Below are positions 55,971 to 64,000 of a DNA stretch of 64,000 nucleotides, piece after piece. Every line of letters begins with the position of its first letter. The first letter of the stretch is position 1. Origin of the DNA: Candidatus Hydrogenedentota bacterium (GTDB taxonomy: Bacteria; Hydrogenedentota; Hydrogenedentia; Hydrogenedentales; SLHB01). Location of the stretch: contig BTVY01000001.1 of the NCBI GenBank assembly GCA_045863335.1, positions 104,671-168,670 of the forward strand. The letters are read 5' to 3'. A program made the translations under genes and the position numbers. A model generated the notes under the pieces. It saw only the letters and a program-made list of their open reading frames with translations, ran no database searches and was not told the DNA's origin.

Positions 55971-56861
55971 GTGAGTAAGAAGCCGGGGTTTTCGCTGATC
56001 GAATTGCTCGTGGTCATTGCTATCATCGCCATCCTCATGGCGCTCATCCTCCCCGCACTGTCGCGCGCTCGGGAATCGGCGCGGCGCACGGTCTGCGCCA
56101 GCAATCTCAAGCAAATGGGCGAGGTCTTCCGTATGTTCGCCGACGAACACGACGGCGATTGGCCGCCGCGCATGGTTCCCTATCACCAGTCCTATAGCCC
56201 GACTCGGCAATGCTGGTCCAGCTTCGATGGCGTATATCTCTATCCCGAGTATCTCACGGACTGCGAGATCGCGATTTGCCCGTCGGATTCAGAGTTCGGG
56301 ATGATCGGCGGTGACGCTCGTTTGATCAGCCCGGTGGGTCCGGGATGGGATACGATGCCGTATGACGAGCCCATCAAGGGAATGCGGGAGTACCCTTCAC
56401 TCGCCGATTACTCCTACGTCTATTGGGGGTACCTGATCGAACCGCGTTACGTGAGCACTCCGGATGACATGACGGCCATGGGCATGATTCTGGACAATCA
56501 AACGCCGTACAGCGTGAATTTCGAGACGCGCTGGGACGACCAGTACGTTACGCTGCCCAGCTTCGGCGAAGAAGTGACGGTCTATCGGCTTCGCGACGGC
56601 ATCGAACGATTCACGATCACCGACATCAACAATCCCTCGGGGAACGCAACGGCAGCATCCGACGTCCCGGTCATGTGGGATACCGTACGGCCCGGCCGAG
56701 GCTATTTTGCGCAAAGCGAGGTTAACCACACCCCACTCAGCGCCAACATCCTTTTTATGGACGGCCACGTGGAGTACGGGCGTTACCCGCAAGCAGACGG
56801 CTCGCGGCTGTTCATGCTGACCGAGGCCGGTGTGAATGACGGCGTCTTTTACTTTCCGTGA
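55971..56861 (+). CDS. Prepilin-type N-terminal cleavage/methylation protein with an H-X-DG C-terminal motif (DUF1559-like)
   Basis: [41 protein letters not shown] and [16 protein letters not shown]. Confidence 0.92.
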   Translation: MSKKPGFSLIELLVVIAIIAILMALILPALSRARESARRTVCASNLKQMGEVFRMFADEHDGDWPPRMVPYHQSYSPTRQCWSSFDGVYLYPEYLTDCEIAICPSDSEFGMIGGDARLISPVGPGWDTMPYDEPIKGMREYPSLADYSYVYWGYLIEPRYVSTPDDMTAMGMILDNQTPYSVNFETRWDDQYVTLPSFGEEVTVYRLRDGIERFTITDINNPSGNATAASDVPVMWDTVRPGRGYFAQSEVNHTPLSANILFMDGHVEYGRYPQADGSRLFMLTEAGVNDGVFYFP

Positions 56862-56983
56862 TTCGGTCGCCGCCACTGGGACTACTTGTGCCTTCATCGC
56901 ATTGGCTTGCCTGACCCATTCCGGCGGTGGTAGTGTTTGAATCGATCACCGTTGGGTACCTCGGACGCAGGAATTCTCCCCCG

Positions 56984-57460
56984 ATGCATTCGAATCATTT
57001 GGAAGTCGTAGTCGGCGAAAAACTTGCAACATACGGTCAACGCGTGGCGACGGCGGAGTCCTGCTCCGGCGGGCTGGTCGCGCACCGGTTTACCAATGTG
57101 TCCGGTTCGTCCACGTACTTCTTGGGCGGCGTGGTCACGTACAGCAACGAAGCGAAGGCTGATCTGCTGAACGTGTCCATCGACGACATCGACCAGCACG
57201 GGGCCGTGAGCGAAACCGTCGCGCGGCAGATGGCGCAAGGGGCGCGGCACTGTTTCGGCGCGGAATGGGGCATCGGGATTACCGGCATTGCCGGGCCCAC
57301 GGGCGGCACCGAGGAAAAGCCGGTCGGTCTCGTGTACATTGCGGTCGCAGGGGCCGCTGAAACGCACGTGACGCGGAACTTGTTCGCGGGGTCGCGGGAG
57401 TCAATTAAGGAACAGACGGCCGATAAGGCCTTTGAACTCTTGTTGGAGCAATTGCAGTGA
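56984..57460 (+). CDS. pncC: CinA C-terminal domain / NMN deamidase PncC
   Basis: ATAESCSGG, GSS, YSNEAK, HGAVS, ITGIAGP and KPVGLV. Confidence 0.88.
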   Translation: MHSNHLEVVVGEKLATYGQRVATAESCSGGLVAHRFTNVSGSSTYFLGGVVTYSNEAKADLLNVSIDDIDQHGAVSETVARQMAQGARHCFGAEWGIGITGIAGPTGGTEEKPVGLVYIAVAGAAETHVTRNLFAGSRESIKEQTADKAFELLLEQLQ

Positions 57461-60400
57461 GTGCAGGATTCGTTCATCTTCACGTTCATTCCGAGTACAG
57501 CGTCCTCGACGGCGCGAGCAAGGTCGCGGAACTCATCGACCGGTGCCAGAAGTACGGCATGAAAGCTTGCGCGTTGACCGATCACGGCGCCATGTTCGGC
57601 GTACTCGACTTTTTCACGGCGGCCAACAAGGCAGGCATCAAACCGATCATCGGGTCGGAGCTGTACGTCGCCAAGGGCAGCCGTTTCGACAAATCGGGCC
57701 GGACCCCCGGCGGGTCCAACAACCACTTCCTCTTGCTGTGCGAAAACGACGCGGGCTACCACAACCTATGCCGCCTGAGTTCGCTCGGGTATCTGGAGGG
57801 TTTTCACTACAAGCCGCGCGTCGACCTCGAACTGCTGGAGAAGTACAAGGAAGGCATCATCGCGACGAGCGCGTGCCTTGCGGGGGAAATCCCGCAGTTC
57901 CTGATGAACGACGATCTCGACGCCGCGAACGAGGCCATTAAGAAGTACATAGCGATCTACGGGCGCGACAATTTCCTGATCGAACTCATGGATCACGGCA
58001 TGCCGGAGCAGCGCAAGATTAACCCGTACCTCGCCGAAATGGCCGAGCATCACGGGCTCATGGTCATCGCCACGAACGATTGCCATTATACGGATAAGGA
58101 AGACGCGGAACCCCACGAAGCCCTGTTGGCCATCCAGACGGCCGCGACGCTGGACCAGGACGACCGGTTCAAGTTCCCCACGAACGAGTTTTACTTCTGC
58201 AGCGCGGAGGTCATGAAGGAGCGGTTCAAGGAGTATCCGCAGGCCATCGCGAACACGGAGAAGGTGGCCGACCGCTGCAACGTGAAGATCCCGCTGGGGA
58301 GTCATCTCATCCCCCGCTACGAACCGCCGGACGGCATGGCGAAAGAAGAGTATCTGCGGCGGCTGGTCCAACTGGGCCTCGAAGACCGCTACGACGGCAA
58401 TCCAACCGAGGAGCATCTCAAACGCGCGGACTTCGAGCTGGGCGTCATCGAACGCATGGGCTTCGTGGACTACTTCCTGGTCGTGTGGGACCTCATCAAC
58501 CACGCGCGGAGCAAAGGCATCCCGGTGGGGCCGGGTCGCGGCTCCGGCGCGGGCAGTCTCGTGGCGTACGCGCTGAAGATCACGAACATCGATCCCATGC
58601 GCTACGGGCTGCTGTTCGAGCGTTTCCTGAATCCCGAGCGCATCACCATGCCGGACTTTGATCTGGACTTCTGCTACAACCGGCGCGGCGAGGTCATCGA
58701 GTATTCGCGGGAGAAATACGGTACAGACAACGTTTCGCAGATCATCACCTTCGGCCGTATGAAGGCGAAGCAGGTGGTGCGCAACGTGGGACGCGTGCTC
58801 GGCATGCCCTACGGCGACGTGGACCGGATAGCGAAACTGATCCCCGACGATCCCGCCATGAAAGTCACTCTCAAGAAGGCGCTCGATCAAGAGCCGGAGC
58901 TCCAGGACATCCTCAAGCAAGACCCCGCGGTGCAGCGGTTGTGGCAGTTGGCGACGCGCCTCGAAGGCACGGTCGGCACTTGCGGCACGCACGCGGCGGG
59001 CGTGGTGATCTGCGACCAGCCCCTGACGGACCACGTGCCCCTGTTCCAGGCGGCCGGCAGCGACGTGGTCGCGACGCAGTTCGAGATGAAAGGCGTCGAG
59101 GAAGTCGGCCTGCTCAAGATGGACTTCCTCGGTCTGCGCACCTTGACGGTCGTACACGACGCCGTCCGATTCGTAAGACAGAATCGCGGCATCCATATCG
59201 ACATCGACAACCTCGAGCCCAACGACAAGAAGACCTACGCCCTGCTCCGCTCGGGCAAGACCATGGGCGTCTTCCAGTTGGAAAGCTCCGGCATGCGGGA
59301 CCTCGCGAAGCGCATCGGGTTGGAGAGCCTGGAAGAGATCTGCGCGCTTATCGCCCTGTACCGGCCGGGTCCCATGCAGCTCAAGGACCAATACATCGAG
59401 AGCAAGCATAATCCGAAGAAAGTGCAGTACGACCATCCCCTGCTCGAACCAATCCTGAGCGAGACCTACGGCGTGGCGCTCTACCAGGAGCAGGTCATGC
59501 AGATCGTGCAGGCGGTCGCGGGTTTCTCGCTGGGGCAGGCCGATATGCTGCGCCGCGCCATGGGGAAGAAGAAGGCCGACCTCATGGCCGAGCAGCGCGA
59601 TAAATTCGTCGCGGGCGCGAAGGCGAACGGCATCGATCCGAAACTCGCAGAAACGCTCTTCGCGAAAATCGAACAGTTCGCAGGGTACGGCTTCAACAAG
59701 TCCCACAGCATGGCGTACGCGTACGTGGCATACCAAACCGCGTTCTTGAAGGCGAACTATCCCGCGGAGTTCATGGCCGCGCTGCTCACGAGTGAATCGG
59801 GCAACCTGGATAAGGTCGGGATCTACGTGGAAGAATGCCGAAGACTTGGCATCGAAGTGCTCGCGCCAGACGTAAACGGCAGTTCTCTGGGCTTCACCGT
59901 GGAAGGCGACTGTATCCGCTTCGGACTCGGCGCGATTAAGAACGTGGGCAGCGCGCCGGTCGATGCGATCACGAAGGAGCGCGATGCGAACGGACCGTTC
60001 AAAGACATCTACGACTTCTGCGCGCGCATCGACAGCCGGCAGGCCAACCGTCGCGTCATTGAAAGCCTGAACAAGGCGGGCGCGTTTGCGAGCACGGGCT
60101 GGGGCCGGCGTCAGGTAGAACACGCATTGGATGCGGCCATGAGCCAGGGCCAGCTCAGCCAGAAGGAGCGCGCTGCCGGGCAAACGTCGCTGCTCGAACT
60201 CATGGGCGGCGGTGACGACTCCGAAGAGACTATGCATCAGAAGCCGGATGTGCCAGAATGGCCGGAGAGCGAGTTGCTCGCCTTCGAGAAGGAGATGCTC
60301 GGACTCTACGTCAGCAGCCATCCGCTCGCGCGGCACGCGAACACGTTGGACCGGTACACCTCGCACAGCCTTGCCTCCTTAAACGAACTGCGGGAAGGCA

Positions 60401-60927
60401 CAGAGGTCGTTCTGGGCGGTCTGGTCGGCAACGTGAAGCAACACGTAACCGCGCGCGGCAACAAGAAGATGGCCTTCGCCACGCTGGAAACGCTGGAAGG
60501 TCCGGTCGAGTTCACGGTGTTCCCGGAGTTGTACGAACAGAAGGCGGGCCTGCTGGTTACGGACATGGCGATCATGCTCGTCGCGTCCGTAAATTTCCGA
60601 AACGACGAAGCGGGCCTGATCGCGCAGGATATGCTGCCCATTGAAGAAGCGGAGGGCAAGTTGACGAAGGCGGTCCACATCCGGCTGACGACGGTGGGGC
60701 TCGACGACGTGTTGCTGGAACGGCTCGCCGAAATCCTGGGAGAGCGTCCGGGCAAGTGCGATGTGTATCTGCATTGCGTGACGCCGGAGCATGAGGACGT
60801 GACCGTGCACGCAACGGATGCGTGCAAAGTCGCCGCGAGCTCGGAGTTGACCGAACAAGTCGAAGACTTGTTGGGGGAAGACACCTTGTGGCTATCGGGA
60901 GGCAACGGTTTGCCGCGCCACGATTGA
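57457..60927 (+). CDS. dnaE: DNA polymerase III alpha subunit
   Basis: PHP domain (HLHVHSEYS, LTDHG), GRGSGAGS, PDFDLD, KMDFLGL, GYGFNKSH and an OB fold. Confidence 0.98.
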   Translation: MSAGFVHLHVHSEYSVLDGASKVAELIDRCQKYGMKACALTDHGAMFGVLDFFTAANKAGIKPIIGSELYVAKGSRFDKSGRTPGGSNNHFLLLCENDAGYHNLCRLSSLGYLEGFHYKPRVDLELLEKYKEGIIATSACLAGEIPQFLMNDDLDAANEAIKKYIAIYGRDNFLIELMDHGMPEQRKINPYLAEMAEHHGLMVIATNDCHYTDKEDAEPHEALLAIQTAATLDQDDRFKFPTNEFYFCSAEVMKERFKEYPQAIANTEKVADRCNVKIPLGSHLIPRYEPPDGMAKEEYLRRLVQLGLEDRYDGNPTEEHLKRADFELGVIERMGFVDYFLVVWDLINHARSKGIPVGPGRGSGAGSLVAYALKITNIDPMRYGLLFERFLNPERITMPDFDLDFCYNRRGEVIEYSREKYGTDNVSQIITFGRMKAKQVVRNVGRVLGMPYGDVDRIAKLIPDDPAMKVTLKKALDQEPELQDILKQDPAVQRLWQLATRLEGTVGTCGTHAAGVVICDQPLTDHVPLFQAAGSDVVATQFEMKGVEEVGLLKMDFLGLRTLTVVHDAVRFVRQNRGIHIDIDNLEPNDKKTYALLRSGKTMGVFQLESSGMRDLAKRIGLESLEEICALIALYRPGPMQLKDQYIESKHNPKKVQYDHPLLEPILSETYGVALYQEQVMQIVQAVAGFSLGQADMLRRAMGKKKADLMAEQRDKFVAGAKANGIDPKLAETLFAKIEQFAGYGFNKSHSMAYAYVAYQTAFLKANYPAEFMAALLTSESGNLDKVGIYVEECRRLGIEVLAPDVNGSSLGFTVEGDCIRFGLGAIKNVGSAPVDAITKERDANGPFKDIYDFCARIDSRQANRRVIESLNKAGAFASTGWGRRQVEHALDAAMSQGQLSQKERAAGQTSLLELMGGGDDSEETMHQKPDVPEWPESELLAFEKEMLGLYVSSHPLARHANTLDRYTSHSLASLNELREGTEVVLGGLVGNVKQHVTARGNKKMAFATLETLEGPVEFTVFPELYEQKAGLLVTDMAIMLVASVNFRNDEAGLIAQDMLPIEEAEGKLTKAVHIRLTTVGLDDVLLERLAEILGERPGKCDVYLHCVTPEHEDVTVHATDACKVAASSELTEQVEDLLGEDTLWLSGGNGLPRHD

Positions 60928-60933
60928 GGCATC

Positions 60934-61332
60934 ATGGAACATCCGGTCCTATTGTTTGACGGTGTCTGCAACCTCTGCAACGGGGCCGTGCAATTCATCA
61001 TCAAGCGCGATACGGATGCCCAGTTCCGTTTCGCCAGTTTGCAGTCGGATGCGGGTCAAGCGCTCCTCAACCAGCACGATCTCCCCACGGAAGACTTTGA
61101 TACCATGGTGTACATCGAGGGGGATACCGTGTACACCAAATCGACGGCCGGCCTTCGGATCGCGCGACGGCTGGGCGGGCTGTGGCCTTTGCTGTACGCC
61201 TTCATCGTCATACCGCGGCCTATCCGTGACGCGGTCTACGGCGTCATCGTCCGCAACCGGTACCGCTGGTTTGGAAAACGCGACGACTGCATGGTCCCCA
61301 CGCCGGATCTGCGCGCGCGATTTCTGGAGTAA
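60934..61332 (+). CDS. DCC1-like thiol-disulfide oxidoreductase (YuxK/DUF393)
   Basis: LFDGVCNLCNG, FASLQS and RNRYRWFG. Confidence 0.92.
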   Translation: MEHPVLLFDGVCNLCNGAVQFIIKRDTDAQFRFASLQSDAGQALLNQHDLPTEDFDTMVYIEGDTVYTKSTAGLRIARRLGGLWPLLYAFIVIPRPIRDAVYGVIVRNRYRWFGKRDDCMVPTPDLRARFLE

Positions 61333-61356
61333 GCGTGTGTTTGAAAGTACCGACCC

Positions 61357-62598
61357 ATGAACAAGCTCGCCATCCACGGCGGTAACCCCGTGCGCTCCCA
61401 GCCGATCGTCACGACCGGACGCCGCTTCGATGAGGACGAACTCCAAGAACTCAAAGAAGCGCTCGATCAACAGACTCTCTTCTACTGGTCAGGCGAAAAG
61501 GTGAAGGTGTTTCGGCGGGAGTTTGCGGAACTCTACGGCGTGAAGCATTGCCACATGGTGTCGAGCGGGACCGCGGCGCTTCACGTGGCGACGGCCGCGG
61601 TGGGTATCAAGCCGGGTGACGAGGTCATCACCTCCCCCATCACGGACCAGGGGACCATCATCGCGATCCTCGCCCAAGGCGGCGTTCCGGTGTTTGCCGA
61701 CGTGGACCCGCATCATTACGCCATCACAGCCGAGAACGTGGAGAAGTGCATCACGGAAAAGACGAAGGCGATTATCGTGGTCCATCTCGCGGGCAGTCCG
61801 GCGGATATGGAGTCCCTCCTGGCCGTGGCGCGACGGCACGGTCTCAAGGTCATCGAGGATTGTGCGCAGAGCTACCTTTCGTACTACCAGGGGAAGCTCG
61901 TCGGCACGCTTGGGGATGTGGGCTGCTTCTCGCTGAACGACTACAAACACATCAGCGCGGGCGATGGCGGCATGGTCGTCACCAATGATGACGCACTGGC
62001 GGAATTCGCCGGGGTGTTCCTGGACAAGGGATACCGGCGGGACGGGTCCGGGCGCAGACCGGAACTACTGGCCTTCAACTACCGGCCCAGCGAGCTGCAG
62101 GGCGCGGTGGCACGCGCGCAGTTGCGTAAGCTGCCGTACATCTGTGAACGGCGGCGAACCCTGGGCGACCGGCTCTCGGCTGCGTTGGAGGGCATACCAG
62201 GGGTCCATCCGCATCAGGTACTCGATGGCTGCTCGAGTTCCTACTGGTTCTACCTTGGCCGCACAAACCCGGAAGTGCTTGGAATTACGAGAGATGCGTT
62301 TGTGGAAGCCGTTGCCGCCGAGGGCGTTCCGGTCACGCCGGGGTACATCCAACGGATGGTGTACGAGTATCCCGTACTCGCCGAGCATCGGGCTTATCCC
62401 GGCAGCCCGTATCCCTGGGACGACCTGTACGGCCGGCGCATTACATATGGTCCCGGACTGTGCCCTGTCGCGGAACTCGTCGAGAAGACAAGCTGGCGGG
62501 CACCGATCACCGAGTTCATGTCCGAACAGGACGTGGACGACATTGCCGAAGGCATCCGAAAGGTCGCGGACCACTTCGTCCGCGCCGGGTCCTTTTAG
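61357..62598 (+). CDS. DegT/DnrJ/EryC1/StrS PLP-dependent aminotransferase
   Basis: SSGTAALH, GDEVI, IEDCAQS and FSLNDYKH...GDGG. Confidence 0.92.
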   Translation: MNKLAIHGGNPVRSQPIVTTGRRFDEDELQELKEALDQQTLFYWSGEKVKVFRREFAELYGVKHCHMVSSGTAALHVATAAVGIKPGDEVITSPITDQGTIIAILAQGGVPVFADVDPHHYAITAENVEKCITEKTKAIIVVHLAGSPADMESLLAVARRHGLKVIEDCAQSYLSYYQGKLVGTLGDVGCFSLNDYKHISAGDGGMVVTNDDALAEFAGVFLDKGYRRDGSGRRPELLAFNYRPSELQGAVARAQLRKLPYICERRRTLGDRLSAALEGIPGVHPHQVLDGCSSSYWFYLGRTNPEVLGITRDAFVEAVAAEGVPVTPGYIQRMVYEYPVLAEHRAYPGSPYPWDDLYGRRITYGPGLCPVAELVEKTSWRAPITEFMSEQDVDDIAEGIRKVADHFVRAGSF

Positions 62599-62720
62599 TC
62601 GCGCCCGAGGCACAGGAACTTGCGAAGCCCGAGTCCACTGACACAAGGGGTTGCGTGCGTACGGAGATTCGTGCATACTGGTGCGGTGTCGGGAGTTGCG
62701 CAACGCGGGATGGAAGTGGC

Positions 62721-63188
62721 ATGAAACTCGAAACGACGCGCTTCGGTACGTTGGACGTCGATCCGAATTCCGTGATCACGTTCACCCAGCCCATTCTCGG
62801 TTTTCAGGAATTCCGGCGGTACGTCCTGTTGCCGGGTCCCAGCGATCATCTGACCTGGCTGCAGTCCACGGACTCCCCGGATTTGGCGTTTATCCTCATC
62901 AACCCGCACGCGATCATGCCGGAGTATACAATGGACCTGCGGCAACAGGAGTTATCCGAGTTGGCCGTCTCCAGCGCGGACGACCTCGACGTGTACACGC
63001 TCATCGTCGTTCCCCAGGACCCGTCTAAGGTGCGGACCAATCTGCGGGCGCCGATTCTGATCAACACCAAGCAGCGGTTGGGGAAGCAGACCATTCTCGA
63101 ACGAAGCACCTACCCGATCCAGTTTTTCCTCGCCCAGGCAAAAAAAGGGGAGCCCCAGGAGGTCACGAATGCTCGTTCTGACGCGTAG
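62721..63188 (+). CDS. fliW: Flagellar assembly factor FliW
   Basis: TTRFG, ILGF, WLQS, LAF and [10 protein letters not shown]. Adjacent to csrA. Confidence 0.93.
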   Translation: MKLETTRFGTLDVDPNSVITFTQPILGFQEFRRYVLLPGPSDHLTWLQSTDSPDLAFILINPHAIMPEYTMDLRQQELSELAVSSADDLDVYTLIVVPQDPSKVRTNLRAPILINTKQRLGKQTILERSTYPIQFFLAQAKKGEPQEVTNARSDA

Positions 63189-63387
63189 AGAAGATGAGAG
63201 CATCATGATCGGGGACGACATCATCGTCAAAGTGCTCGATTTGAAAGAGAACCAGGTCAAGATCGGCATTGTGGCTCCCCGTTCGGTGGCCGTTCATCGC
63301 CAGGAAGTGTACGAGGCCATTCAAGCGGAAAATGCGCAGGCCGCATCGGTAACGAAGATCGAAGAGATTACGAACCTCATTCCTTAA
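63169..63387 (+). CDS. csrA: Carbon storage regulator CsrA
   Basis: [18 protein letters not shown]...[19 protein letters not shown]. Confidence 0.96.
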   Translation: MLVLTRREDESIMIGDDIIVKVLDLKENQVKIGIVAPRSVAVHRQEVYEAIQAENAQAASVTKIEEITNLIP

Positions 63388-63404
63388 CAGAAAGGGCGCC
63401 GGAC

Positions 63405-64000
63405 ATGGATGTCATTGTGGATGGAAGTCGCGACTTCAGGTTGCAAGGCGAGCCGGAAGACGCCCTTGCTGCCGTGGCGGCCATCAGCGAGTACCTCCAG
63501 AAGCAGGGTCGCGCCATCCTCGTCATCAAGGCCGACGGGTCCAGTATCGCTCCGGACACTTTGCTCGACACATTGCAGGGCAAGCCGCTCGCGGATATTT
63601 CGTCGTTGGAAGTGGAGTCCGCGGACGTGGCGGGACTTGTCGAGGGCAGCCTGAAAGAGCTGAACGACACGCTGCCGGAGTTGCCCAAGGCATGTCACGA
63701 GTTGGCCGCTATTTTTCAGGGCAGTACGCCGGAAGAGGGATTTGAGCCGTTCCACAAACTTGCCGACATTTGGGCGAACGTGAAATCCCGGGAACTCATG
63801 GTGGCAAACGCGCTCAACCTGAACTTCGACGAGCTGTGTGTCAACGGGGAATCCGTGACGGCCCTGCATGAGGAACTGAATCTGTATCTCACCGAAGCGG
63901 CCGTGGCGCTGGAGTCCGGCGATTTGGTCCTGCTGGGCGATCTCCTGGAATATGAATTGGCGCCGCGCGCCGAAGTGGAACCGCAGATTGTTGCGTTATT
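63405..64000 (+). CDS. Hypothetical acidic helical protein, truncated at the window end
   Basis: Frame open from ATG 63405 to the end of the window, so it is absent from the ORF track. The late DLVLLGDLLEYEL motif resembles proteins of flagellar loci. Confidence 0.7.
   Translation, partial: MDVIVDGSRDFRLQGEPEDALAAVAAISEYLQKQGRAILVIKADGSSIAPDTLLDTLQGKPLADISSLEVESADVAGLVEGSLKELNDTLPELPKACHELAAIFQGSTPEEGFEPFHKLADIWANVKSRELMVANALNLNFDELCVNGESVTALHEELNLYLTEAAVALESGDLVLLGDLLEYELAPRAEVEPQIVAL

Noticed and set aside
57457-60927. Intein or split dnaE
   Set aside because: The length of 1156 aa is normal, the motifs are continuous, and no intein signatures are visible.

Overview
A GC-rich bacterial chromosomal window from a flagellated diderm. 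kdsB, fliW-csrA, Tat-exported sulfatases and a prepilin/H-X-DG protein suggest a Candidatus Hydrogenedentes- or Planctomycetota-like organism, which is an inference only. Housekeeping genes (folD, miaB, pyrG, kdsB, cinA/pncC, dnaE) flank several notable regions. (1) A repeat-dense variable region (about 2.6-7.2 kb) holds two copies of a ~500 bp element that encodes a 24-aa hydrophobic microprotein, plus a putative XRE/RelE-like toxin-antitoxin pair. (2) Five paralogous 31-39 aa microproteins share an MKH(V/I)xxxSK...(P/T)xxA N-terminus and have variable Lys/Pro-rich tails; all five are missed by the ORF track. (3) An MCP-less chemotaxis operon has a CheA carrying four MshEN-like c-di-GMP motifs. 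(4) A MEMO1/AmrB protein has a PqqD/RRE-like N-terminal extension. (5) A YtrA-type GntR/ABC operon has three divergent double-length permease paralogs. I found no rRNA, tRNA, CRISPR array or transposase. All calls come from manual reading, without database searches.
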